A DNA stretch of 64,000 nucleotides, from assembly GCA_009103225.1 (NCBI GenBank), contig RHPI01003369.1:1578017-1642016 (forward strand), read 5' to 3'. This document shows, piece after piece, positions 52,255-64,000 of the stretch. The position numbers and the translations under genes were made by a program. The stretch is from Chlorokybus atmophyticus (Eukaryota > Plantae > Mesostigma and Chlorokybus algae). Positions within the stretch are counted from its first letter, which is position 1. The number at the start of each line of letters is the position of its first letter. The notes under the pieces are model-generated. The model had not been told where the DNA came from and searched no databases. It saw only the letters and a program-made list of their open reading frames with translations.

Positions 52255-54345
52255 CCCAGAGACATGTGACATGTATAGAGTGGTAAGCTGTTGCAGAATT
52301 GGCACATGTAGGTAGATAGCCAATACCCTTACTATATACAGCTTACCTGCTTAAAGATTGCGCATTTTTGATAAGCTGCTTTGTCGTGCACCGCCTTGCA
52401 TAATGCCCGTCTGAGACAATCAGATCGTTTGGTGTACCTGTACCAGCTGCACAGTGAGGACAATCAACAAGCGCTGAGTATCAGTTGACCATATATAAGA
52501 GTCAACAGCAATTGAGTGTGCAGAAGCTGACTTTCCTTTCCAACCTCAAGTTGCAAGAAAGCAAGCATGCCGGTGCCGGTCAACTTGGCATTGGCAGCCG
52601 GTATGTGCAGGCCTTAGCTACCTGCAGGCCATGATGAGGGACTCTGCCCGTGTGTTCATCCTTAATACTGTTATGGTGGCAAATGTTCTGGGAGCAGTAG
52701 CCACCGGCAGCACATAAAGCAGCGACAGAGCGTCATGGCATCTATGCATAGATGCTAGTGCTGAAATTGTAACCAACCAAACAGCAAACATATGCTGCCG
52801 GTCGCTAGATTTTGTCACAGACGACAACGTGCATGAACCATGCTTCGCCGTGCAAGCGCCACAATAAATCAGCAGCGCTAGAACCAACCTGTATTGTACA
52901 TCGAAAAAGAGCAAATGCTGGCTTCTGCACTGGTCCGTAGTCGACTACATATTGCTGAGCAACCGCATATGACCTATGCTGATTCCCTTGCAGTAACTTT
53001 TGCTGACATACCAATCGCTATTTCCCACGTCTACACGGCATCCATCACATAGGACTGGACCTGCCACTTGGCCGTGTGCAACGTGCAAGTTGCTGTTGCA
53101 AGCATAGCGAGTAAAAGGATGTCAGTGCCTGCATTACTAGATTGAACCAACTTGCGGCCTCAGACTGCCTCTTAGCCAAACAAAGTGACCATTGCTGCTC
53201 ATTTATCTCGTTGCACCGTTCCCCACTCGACGCTGGGTGCATCAATGGAGCACGCCTGGCAAGCCGGCCCCCACCACTAGCCTAGGCTGTCACCGACAAA
53301 GACTTCCAAGCGCTACTCAAAGAGCAGCATAAAGCAGAGTTGAAAGATTGTAAAAACCACGACGAAAGTGGTTGGTACTAAGCACATGAAAGGATGAAAG
53401 GATGAAAGGAAGGCTTGCGACATTGCTTAAAGATTTGTAAGTCGAGAGTAGTTTTGCGTGCAGCTGGCACAAATGTGTTGGGACTAAGTACTTTGAGTAC
53501 AGTGCAGCATGACGTGCAGCTTTTCCCAAGGCGTTAGAGCTGCAGGTTGCTTTACAAAGCTGTGCATGAAGTTGGACGCCATTCCGATGTAATGCAAGCA
53601 TGCCCCTGCATTAGAAGAGCATGTCAAGAGCAGCTAGCACTGCTGTCATATACCGAATGGTGGAACAGCCCACAAACGCCATGTAAACGTCCTCCAGCCG
53701 GTTTGACCTGACAGACTGAGCATGCAGATCAACCTGCACCGTCAGATTTTTGCCTCGCCACCGCCACCGCCACCACCAGCGCCCACCCGCACTGTCGCGG
53801 CCAGCTCCAGCGCCAGCGACACCTCCGCCTCAGTTACAGTCAATGCCCACAAGCGTGCTAACCGCGGTTTGTTAAACGTAGTTCAGCTGTACACAGCAGT
53901 CACCGTCCGATAGGTTTTCACGCATTCAACGGTAGCGATGGACCGAGAAGGTAGCCGTTGGGTGGTTCGTTAATTGCATCCAATTACGAAAGGTTTGAAT
54001 GTCACTGATAAAAGGCTGGCAGTACAGCCAAAGCAAACCCTAGCTTGCTGCTGTTGTCGTCGCGGTTGTTGTTTGCGGCGGCAGCGACGGCGTTGTCGCT
54101 AGCCGTGTGAGCGAGCTCTCTCTTGCGGCTGTTCTGCGCCTGCCTACTATTCTACCCAAAACTACGTTGCTAGTCAACACCAGCCCATCCCCATCCCCAT
54201 CCCCAACCCATCTGACTGCACTTCCACACCTTTGCCTGCCGCTTGTTGTCCTCCTGCTTGTCGTTGTGCTTGTGTGTGGTGTCTGCAGGTGCGGGCGGCA
54301 CGGAGAAGACGGCAAACAACCAGCACATCGATCACTAGCGATATC

Positions 54346-56191
54346 ATGGATCCGGTGACGCCAGGAAGGAGCAGCAGGTCGGGGGCTATGACACCTGGGA
54401 AGAACGGAGGAGGAGGCAGCAGCAGCACAACGCCAGGAAGAGGGCCGCAGGCGGCGGACCGCTTCATCCCTGTCCGGGGCGCCATGGACCTGGAGCTAGG
54501 CCACTACCAGCTGCTGAAGGAGAACGCCGCCGCCGCTGCCAACAGGGCAGGCGCCAGCAGCAACAACGGCATCAACGCGGTGGTGGCTTCGCCCTCCAAG
54601 GAGGCCTACCGCCGCCGGCTGAAGGACCGCCTGCTCCAGCCCAACGGCGGCGACGCCTCCACGTCCTACTCCTCATCGTCCTGCTCCTCCTCACCATCAG
54701 GCAAGATCCTCGCCTTCAAGGCCAAGGCGCCAGCCCCACCTCCCATGGCCAACAGGGAGTCCATGGCTGGCATCTACGGCGGCCTGGGTGTGGGCGCAGC
54801 CGCCAAGGGCAACAGGAGGGCGGCCATGAGGTCCATTCCCTCCAACCCTGAGCGTATCCTGGACGCCCCTGACCTCATGGACGACTACTACCTCAACCTG
54901 GTGGACTGGAGCGCCGGCAACGTCGTCGCTGTCGCCCTTGGCCCTGCCGTCTACCTCTGGGATGCTGCCACCAGCGCTATCCAGCAGCTTGGAGACATTG
55001 CTGCTGATGGCAACCCCACACCCACCCCACCCGAGGACTACTACGTCAGCTCTGTTGCCTGGGCCGCAGATGCCAAACATCTCGCTGTTGGCGGCTCAGA
55101 CTCCCTAGTCAAGGTCAGATTGCCACAGATTGTCACATTGTCATAGTCATTGTTGTTGCTATTGTTGTTTGTGTCACCTCTTGCCTTCGTACTGCTGTAT
55201 TATGCACAACTTTCTGTGACAATTAGTTTCCGATTTGCTCAACATCACAAACAGGTGTGGGATTGTGAAAGGGGCAAGGTTGTGAGGACGCTGCGCGGTC
55301 ATGGGGCAAGAGTTGGAGCAGTGCACTGGGGCGGGTCAATGCTTGCAACTGGAAGCAGAGACACTGGCGTGCTGATCCACGACGTGCGTGTACGCGACCA
55401 CATCACAGCACGCCTCGCTGGCCATGCTCAGGAAGTCTGTGGGCTGCGCTGGAACCCGTCTGGGGCGCAGCTGGCTTCCGGCGGCAACGACAACATGCTC
55501 AACGTATGGGACTCCCGCCGCGTGGGAATTGACAGCAACAGCAATGCCCCACTACATGCCCTCGACCTCCATCAGGCTGCTGTCAAGGCCCTTGCATGGT
55601 GCCCCTTCCAGGTAACAAACCATGCATATTGTTATCTCATGCACTGTGTGTGCTTGACACAGTTGACACTTTTCCATTAGTCAAAGTGTTAACGTTGACT
55701 TGTTGCAGGCAAACTTGCTGGCATCAGGTGGAGGCACGGCAGACAGGACGATCAAGTTTTGGAACACATCCACAGGAGCGTGCTTGCAATCCGTGAACAC
55801 GCATTCTCAGGTATGTGTTTGACACTCAAGGCCACCTGCTTCATGGATGCAAGAGTCTCATGTATCTTCCGTCCAGGTGTGCGCTCTGCAATGGAGCAGA
55901 CACGACAGAGAGCTGCTCTCTTCCCACGGTTTCAGTCAAAACCAGCTCTGCCTGTGGAAGTACCCATCGATGGTGAAGCTGGCAGAGCTTACTGGCCACA
56001 CTGCACGCGTGCTTCACCTTGCACAGTCCCCTGATGGCACTCAGGTCCTGTCTGCCGCTGCCGATGAAACTCTTCGCCTATGGAAGGTCTTTGGAGGTCC
56101 TTCGGCGTCCACTGCAGCAGGTTCCAATACCAACGCCAGCAGCAAGCGCAGCAATGATTCCTCAGCCCTGCGCTCTCTGCACATCAGGTGA
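54346..56191 (+). CDS. CDC20: APC/C activator CDC20 (fizzy), WD40 protein, 4 coding exons
   Basis: Exons 54346-55113, 55255-55611, 55709-55810, 55877-56191. C-box DRFIPVR, KEN (LLKEN), [29 protein letters not shown] repeats ([39 protein letters not shown]) and C-terminal IR tail (LHIR*). Confidence 0.96.
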
Positions 56192-58148
56192 GGTGGGTAA
56201 GTTGAGTCTGTGCTTGTACATGTATGTACATAGGCATGCTTCACAGGTGTGCGCATGTAGGTGTCTGTATAGACAAGATGTGTGTGTGGTAGGCGCATGT
56301 GCATACTGTACATAGAGTGTGTAGCAGTGTGTGCCCTGGTTGCTTGAAGTGGTTTGCAGGTAGCTCCAAAGGCGGGTGCTTTTCAGCGCCCGCCACCAAT
56401 CGACTGGAAATCTGTCACTCTGCCCAATGTAGAAATGTTTCTGTTGTTGCTGCTGTTGACCTGCATGCCAGCAGTGGTTATAGAATGCAGCCACATGCAA
56501 GCTACTATTGCCTGTCTAGCAAATTGATTGCAAATGCAGATCCCTTGCTCATGGATACACTTCAAACACCACATTGTATGTACAGACATCAACACAAGCA
56601 ATGCCGTTTGAATGTTGTCAAGTGCTTGTTGCATGTTAGCAGACAGGGCTGGTTGTGCTTATGTCCTCTACATTGTAATCTTATGTATGCATAGGTGCGC
56701 AACTCTCTCTCACTACTAGTACAGCAACATTATCATGCAAAGCCTGCTTGAGAATGTCAAGTGTATGTATATTTTACCAAATTATCTATGGACGATGTTG
56801 ATATGAATGCTTTCCAGCATAAGTATCCTTCCCACTAGTTTACATCTTCTCGCACACAGCACTCAACAGTGTCAACATTTCACTGTTGGCAATCATAGTG
56901 CAACAGTTATGACAAAATGCATGCTCACCACGCAACTACCCTTACTTGTAGTTTCAAGACTTATACTACGTCTTTGATGCTTGCCATTTGTGAACAATAA
57001 GACCCTTATGCAGTTGTTAATGCGTGAGCTACTTGTTGTTGAGCAATTACTATACGAATATACCGTATGATTATAAGTTGATTGTAATCACAAGGTGGTA
57101 TAGGCTATACTGTATAGCGTGTTACTCCTTGAGTTATTTAGCGTCATTATATCATGATGGTTGTTATAATACCATCGCACATCATGCATTGTTTTGTCAA
57201 AAGTACTTGCCTTGATACTGTAGGGTCGTGTCATGTTTAAAACTTGAATTGCACGTCTTTTGTTGCGGGGATGCATGTAAGGTCACAAATACTGTTGATA
57301 CGGTTCAACTTATGCGTTTTCGGCTACTTCCAAGTGTTAATGTAATATGATGCGTACTTACCCGATAAATATCGATAAGTTTTCATATGAACAATATTTG
57401 TTATCTACAATCAATTGCAGTTCCATTACGTAGCCAATACCAAAAATGCTTTATAATAATGCAACAATACGTCATGATTCACGAGTAACTGCGTGATGGA
57501 TCGTGCACATTGTAATATACCACATGTATTGCAGCGATACATTATACACGGTAGTGAAATACATTTTTACTAAACATAATGAAATCTTTTAATGCTTAAT
57601 AATTGTGAACGAGATTTTAATTTATAGCGGGCTATTTCGCTAATATTAATCATGTGCACGACAACACGTGTTCATCAACACATGATTAAAACTTTTCTCT
57701 TGATTTTTGCATGAAAACACATTTTAGGCTGAACGCACAACAAACAACATATATATAACCTCAACAACACGGAGCAAAGCAGATAAATTTACGTGTTACA
57801 TTTATTCATACCATTATCAACGTAGTTGAGATACATGTGGATAATAACAAATTATGATTGCTTTAACAGTTCTCGCTTGAATGTGGAAAGAGAAGAGACA
57901 TACGGTTTCAAGGGGAGCTTGCGAGTTGCTTGCATGGAGTAATTATACATCACAACCACTGCGTTATTCATGAGGAAATGGCCTTTTCATGTTTTGCTAG
58001 ATTTTGTCCAATTGGTTTTGGCCAAGGCTTTGGGTCCCGGGCCGGGAGCCAAAGTTCCGGGCCTCCCGGGACCCAAAGTTCTAAAGTTGCATTAGTGCTA
58101 GTGCAGCGCTGACCCCAGCAAGCCATTCTCTGCCAGCTGGCATCAATC

Positions 58149-60656
58149 ATGGCGGCAGCGGCAGCGGCGGCGGCAGTGGCGGTATCCGGGCCGCACGCAT
58201 TGCCCCGCAGCAAGCACGAGTTGCTGTTTCAATCCAATCGGCGAAGGGCAGCACCGCCTGGTTTGGCATGCAGGCATCCCCTAAGGCGCCTCCCTCTCAC
58301 CGCCGCCTCCGCCTCCACCTCCGCCTCCTCCTCTTCCTCCTCTCCCTCCTCGCCGCCGGCAGCGCCCTCGTCGTCAGCATCCCCCTCTGCTAATGCGGTT
58401 GAGCTGCGGGTGTCGGTGCTGGGCGGAGTGGGTGACGTGGAGCGGGCGGAGTGGGACGCCTGCGCCGCCGGAGCTGGGCCTGACCCCTCCTCCCCAGGCA
58501 ACCCCTTTGTCTCCTGGGACTTTCTCAAAACCCTAGAAGACTCTGCCTCGGCCACCAGGCTTCAAGGCTGGGCGCCCTGCCATCTCGCTGCTCGCAATGC
58601 TTCCGGCAACTTGCTGGGCGTCATGCCCCTGTACCTGAAGAGGTGAGGTGCAATGCATGCAATCAACATAGCACTTGCCGAGCAGAGCGGCTTGTAGCTG
58701 CCTTGCCACATGCATACCATTACCAGCATGAGCGCATGCAGTTGGATTTCAGGAGACATCGTCTTTGTCGCTGAGCGCCGTAGCCAATTGCGCAAGCTGA
58801 AACATCTCAATTGCCACATGCATGCTGCTTTTTAGCACGAGTGCACTGAATACTATGTGAGAAGCTGTGAAGCTGTGTTCTCTGCGAGCACAGTCATAGC
58901 TGACGCAGGCATCTCAGGCAGTCTAGTGGCGTTTGCTGTCTGCGACAATGGCAGAGGAGGACGGTCATTGCCATTGTTGAATGGACATGTCTTAGGCACA
59001 TCTAGCACTTGTTGGTACATGCATTAGATGTTGCTGCGCTTGCTGTCCAGTGTAGTAACCATGAATGTGGTGGATAGCAATGGCAAGCTGTCTGCTCGTG
59101 TGTGCGTGGATTGTCTCATGCAAACGCTGTGTGACACATTCCAAGGATATCAGCTCGCCATCATTGCTGTAATAACAGTCGCTGCAGGAGTCACATGCAT
59201 GAAGTCTATGCTGTTATACAGTCATGTGTGCATATCCTATGTAAGTGCTCGCATTTCCAATGTGAAGCAGCAGGAGTTTATACTGATTGCATGTGAACGA
59301 AGTGCATATCAGATCACAGTGTTGTTGCTGTCTGGATGTGGTGCGTGTGCTATTGCTCGCTGCGCTGTACTGTTACACAACATCAGCAGCGTCTGATGTA
59401 CATCACCATTATGCTTGCAGCCACTCGTATGGCGAATACGTGTTCGACCACTCCTGGGCGTCGGCGTACGCACGCTACGGGCGTTCGTACTACCCGAAGC
59501 TGCAAAGCTGCGTGCCATTCTCACCGGTGACAGGTCCTCGCCTCCTCACAAGACAGGGGTCGGGCCCAGAGGTGATGGCAGTTCGCGCCGGGCTCGCACG
59601 CTCTGTAGTTGAAGTTGCAGAACAGTTCAATGTGTCATCTGCACATGTGACATTCCCGACACGCGATGACTGGAACGTGCTCGCCTCTGAAGGCTTCCTG
59701 CAACGTGTTGGGGTGCAGTACCACTGGTCCAACAGAGGATACAAAGACTTTGAGGACTTCCTGGCTGCATTGAAACAGGTGCGCTGAGGGTTGAGTGTGC
59801 TGTAGGTTGTGCGTGAGTCTTTGGTTGGCACTTGCGAGCATGGGTTGAATATGTTGTGCATTTGAACCGATGGCAAAACATTGCTTGGCATTCGTGTCTT
59901 GCAAGGCTCTTGCACAGCATGCTGAGCGCATGGCTTGCTTCGCAAGCTGTCATTGCATTGCTTGGTGGGTGATTTTCTACCTGTTGTAAGCACGGTGCAT
60001 GAGCTAGTGCCGGGAGCTTGTGTGTGTGTGTCATGCATCTGATGTGGCAATGTTGAGCGCGCGTTCAGAGCCGGCGCAAGTCCATCCGGCAGGAGCGGAA
60101 GAAGGTGAAGGCGATGGGTGTGGAGGTGGTGCCTCTGACAGGGTCGGACCTGCGGCCGGAGCACTGGGCGGCGTTCTACACGTTCTACCGCAACACTACA
60201 TCCCGCAAGTGGGGTCAGGCGTACCTCACCAGGGAGTTCTTTGAGCTCCTGGGCGAGCGCATGGCCGACAGGATTCTCCTTGTTATGGCACGTGCTGAGG
60301 GCAAGTGGATTGCCGGTGCTTTGAACCTTATTGGTGATGATGCTTTGTATGGGAGAAACTGGGGATGCATTACGCCCGAAGACAAGTACCCGGGCCTTCA
60401 CTTTGAGGTGTGTTACTACCAAGCGGTGGAGTGGGCTATTGCACACGGGCTTGCGCGGGTCGAGGCGGGCGCGCAGGGTGAACACAAGATCCCGCGGGGG
60501 TACTTGCCCACGCAAACGTACTCTGCGCACCTTGTGCGTGATGAGGCCTTCAGCGATGCTCTCAGCCATGCGCTCAGGCGCGAGAGGGTGCAGATGCAGC
60601 AGGTCATGGATATGTTGGGCGATGACGACCCGTTCAAGCGCACCCCTGCTCCCTGA
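58149..60656 (+). CDS. FemAB-like GNAT-fold protein (peptidoglycan biosynthesis/recognition family), probable plastid transit peptide, 3 exons
   Basis: Exons 58149-58642, 59421-59778, 60069-60656. Ala/Ser-rich N-terminal extension, then NPFVSWDFLKTLEDS, PLYLK|SHSYGEYVFDHSWA, YYPKLQSCVPFSPVTGPRLL, SSAHVTF, QYHWSNRGYKDFEDFL, RKSIRQER, LYGRNWG, LHFEVCYYQAVEWAI, EAGAQGEHKIPRGYLP. Confidence 0.9.
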
Positions 60657-62396
60657 TGAATAAGTGTTGGTCCATCTGCATTACAAAGTTGATGAGTTGA
60701 TGCGAAGGCAAAGGTGATGTAACAAGCTGTACATATGTTGAAGCAAAAGCGCGCTTATATTAGTTGCGTGTAGCTAGTGCTGCTGCTGTGAATAACAAAC
60801 ATTTGAAGCACGCCATTGTGCTGTTGTGAGTGAACAGTTGTGCAGGCTAGGGAACTGGTTGTTAGGCCTAGTTGTTGATGAACATGTGCTCGCAGCTGTG
60901 AATATCACTTGTACTTGTTGTTGTTCTGCTTGCCGCTCAAGCATGTCGTTCGTATTGGCTCCCTACTGCAGAATGTGGTGACTCAGGTGGTCAATTGCTG
61001 CGTAGGGCTGTTGCTGCCCATGTTGTGCATGGTTCAATATCACCATGTTGCATATGCGCAATGCCACACTGTACCCCCTGCGCGCATTAGCAATGCTGCC
61101 CCACGCCGAAGTCGTCACAGACATTGCATTCAGGGTTCAACATGCAGACGGAACTTGGCTCAGGTCCTGGCTGCCACAGACACCACCCAACCAAACCAGA
61201 ACATGCACTGCACAAGAGCACATGAATGGCACAAGCCCAGTGCCACCAGCACTGCACGCACAGCACTGCGGACGTGGACATTGCATGAGGGTTGACGCAG
61301 CACAACACTGCAAGCGATGCAGCGATGGAGCAAGCGGAAGAAGCGCAGAGAGGCGGAGGGGGAGGAGAGGGGAAGGGAGTTGTCGTCACTGCTGCTCATG
61401 TTGACGTTGTGTGCAACTATCAACCGCTGACCACGGCCCATGTGGGCAGGTACTACATGCATGTACTGACTGCTATGGCTAACGGGGTGCGGGTAGAAGA
61501 GTAGGTAGTAAAGTTAGTACATAATTGTAGCCCGGTGGTCTACATAAACGGTGTGAGCTGTACATCATGCTGAGTCCATTGCATGTGTCGTGCATTTGCG
61601 TACGTGTCGCGCATTTTCTGTACACAGGGGCCAGCAACAAGGCAACCATACCACGATATGAACGAATCAGAGCATCTACGCTCATGTGTACAAAGTGTGC
61701 GGTTATGCAATGATTGTGCATTCTTACACAATAGTTGCAACTACTGCGTTGCATGGTGGTACATTCAAGCAGGGACGCGCACTGTCACATCAATGCATTG
61801 GACTGCAATGCACAAGTTTGCAACATGCTTACTTCACATAGGTGCACACCTAATGCTGAGCTGGACAATTCATACAACCCGTCAACTCCTTGGTGCATGC
61901 CTTGCCTAACTGTCTAACTGCGTGCATCGTATTGTGATGCCAAATCTACTTGCTGTTGTCATGGGCACTGCCATGGCGCATGCGTACAATCGCAACTCAA
62001 TGCTCAAAGGTACAATCCAAATTGTGGCAGCAATAACAGCAGTCACTGCAGCTGCGCATGACACGATGCGTACCATTTCAGTTTGATACTCAAGGGTACA
62101 ATCCAAGTTGTAAGTTGTGGCAGCACTGGCAGAGAAAACACTCACGCATGCAGCTGCACATGACAAGACACGAGACAACCCTCTTTCACAACCAAATTGG
62201 ATTCAAGCACACAAAACTGAGCTTCAGGTTCAAGGCTCACATCCTCTCGTAACACACCAGTCACACATCCTACGCACGCTTTACAGACTATCTATGCCAG
62301 ACGGTCGATCTACTACAGCAGTAGTTTTATTCCAACTCACGCTTTGGACACACTGTTTCTCACTCAAGCCCGCTGTACATTGATACCGTTAATCGC

Positions 62397-63913
62397 TCAC
62401 TCTTTGGCCCAGCCAAAGAAACTGCTGCTCTTGCCTCCTTCCTCCTTGCCACACTCCTTGTTAGCAGCAAAGGCACAGTCCTCGGCTTTCTCAAAAATCT
62501 CACAAGCCTTCTTCTCATCGATGTCGAAGACAGTTGCCAAGTAGCCCTCGTGGGTCTTGAGCTTCTTGTACACATTCTCCTTGCCTGGAGGGTACCAGAT
62601 ACACATCCAGTGGGTGGGTCAGTGCCTCGTGTGCATGCATGAAGTACTTAACAGGAGACAATGCATCAAGACCCATCAGACAAATCTTGTTGTTCACCCA
62701 AATTACCTGCCAGCATTGTTGGCTTGATGCAGGAATCGCCGGCAAAGGTGAGAATCTCGGCATCTTCCTCGCAGTCTCCAATGCAAGCATCCGCGTGCGC
62801 CTGCAACGACAGCCAATAAGGCAACCTAGATAACCTGAACTTGCCAATGGCATCGCACAAGTTGAAGAGGTACTTTCAGAGCGTGCATATAACGCTCACA
62901 GGTGGAACGATGAACATGTCGCCCTCCTTCAGCTCCTTGCGCGCGACGTTCTCGCCCCTGGTGTTGACCAACTCGAGTTTCATCTTGCCTTTGATCACGA
63001 CGCTGACCGTTGCAACGTTATTCCAGTACTTGGGAAGGCCAATGGTACCCTGCATTCGCACACATTGCAACATCAAGGCAAAATCTCACAACAAGTAAAG
63101 GAGTGGGTGTAGTGTTCACCTTCTTGAGGTGGGTATAAGCTGCAGAGAAGCCGGCCTTCTGGGTTGCGGGCCATGTCTTGTCCATGCAAGCCTTCATGCA
63201 GGACCCGCGCTCCTCAACTAGGCTGGGGAGCTGCTTCAGAGGGCAGACAAAGTACCTCATACCGTCCGTCATCTCCGTGTATGCCTGCGAAACAGCACAG
63301 CAGGTGTTAGACAGCAACTCTTGGTGTCACAGCATAACATGCCTTCCAACATACCTCGTCGTCGTAGCCCTTCTCCTTGCACTTCTTGTCAAAGTCAAAG
63401 CCGATGGCATTGCGCTTCTTCTTCAGCTCCTTGGCCTGGGCATTGATCATCCAGCGCATCAGAGCACAACCTGGGATGCACAAAGTATTGTGTGGCTATG
63501 GCATGACCTCATACCAAGTCCTCATCAATGTCATAAGCGGAAGCCAGCGTCTTGACATCAAAGCCCTTAAGCACGCCCTGGAACTCGAGCTTCTCAGAGT
63601 CACCGGCCAGCTTGAGGAAAGGCGGGTCGGGCAGGTACTTGTACTCCGTTGGTGTGAAGCGCCTGAAGAGTGGGGACGAAGTGTTCTTGTCAATGCACAG
63701 ACAGACGACTGCATGGATGAAGTAACATGTTACGTTACGAGTAACAAGCTGCTTGCAAGGATACTTACGCCAAGCAGACCATGCAGGCCTTGTCTTTGCC
63801 AGGGTTGTAGATGGCATTGGCATGGCCGCAAGGAAGCATGACCAGCTCACCGGTCTTCACGCGGCCCATTGGCAGTGGGAAGCCCTTGAGGGTTGAGCGC
63901 CACTCTAGCTCAC
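62397..63913 (-). CDS. Bicupin, 11S globulin/legumin-like; 5' part lies beyond the window
   Basis: Exons read GRVKTGELVMLPCGHANAIYNPG, LKLAGDSEKLEFQGVLKGFDVKTLASAYDIDEDL|AKEL, GTIGLPKYWNNVATVSVVIKGKMKLELVNTRGENVARKELKEGDMFIVPP|AHAD, EILTF...PTMLAG|KENVYKKL...YLATVFDIDEKKA, and end FFGWAKE-TGA at 62397. Two cupin barrels, each followed by the LAG...LxxxFxIDExxA helical motif typical of 11S proteins. Confidence 0.78.
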
Positions 63914-64000
63914 CTGAGAATTTACAACATGGCAGTCATGCATGCACATGTGCAGGTGGAGTCACAAAAGTGATCTTGAAGGTGCAAAAGCTGCTGCCCC

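Noticed and set aside
59490-60569. 359-aa minus-strand ORF (similarly 4460-5281 and 54697-55080)
   Set aside because: Antisense shadows of well-supported genes, running through their introns, with no recognisable motifs.
61045-61504. Short ORFs between the FemAB-like and cupin genes
   Set aside because: No recognisable domain, no consistent splice model, and competing frames on both strands.

Overview
Eukaryotic, intron-rich DNA with green-algal character. A streptophyte alga is plausible from the gene set, but that is inference and the species cannot be read from sequence. 0-6.7 kb: head-to-head gene pair, an ACL4-like TPR chaperone (minus) and CWF19L2 (plus), with starts only 190 bp apart. 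7.7-28 kb: transposon graveyard containing a ~2.2 kb fold-back inverted repeat with a MITE and an LTR fragment at its centre; a decayed Ty3/Gypsy element whose two LTRs each carry a different nested insertion (830 bp solo-LTR-like, TSD TCAT; 2.8 kb CACTA-like, TSD AAG); and a second, fully bounded gag-deleted chromovirus (TSD AATGT). 28.9-33.8 kb: an apparently intact 6-exon, 294-aa gene encoding a stand-alone QLQ-domain protein, not shown by the ORF track because two GC-AG introns and a 3.2 kb poly-C run (probably artefactual) split it. 37.5-42.6 kb: a decayed paralogue of that gene in which the ~1.04 kb QLQ-exon unit is amplified four times in tandem. 43-54 kb: LINE remnants, weak exon-like fragments on the minus strand, and a TBL/PC-esterase pseudogene. 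54-64 kb: CDC20, a probably plastid-targeted FemAB-like GNAT protein, and the 3' part of an 11S-globulin-like bicupin. No tRNA, rRNA or CRISPR array was recognised. All domain calls are by-eye motif matches without database searches.
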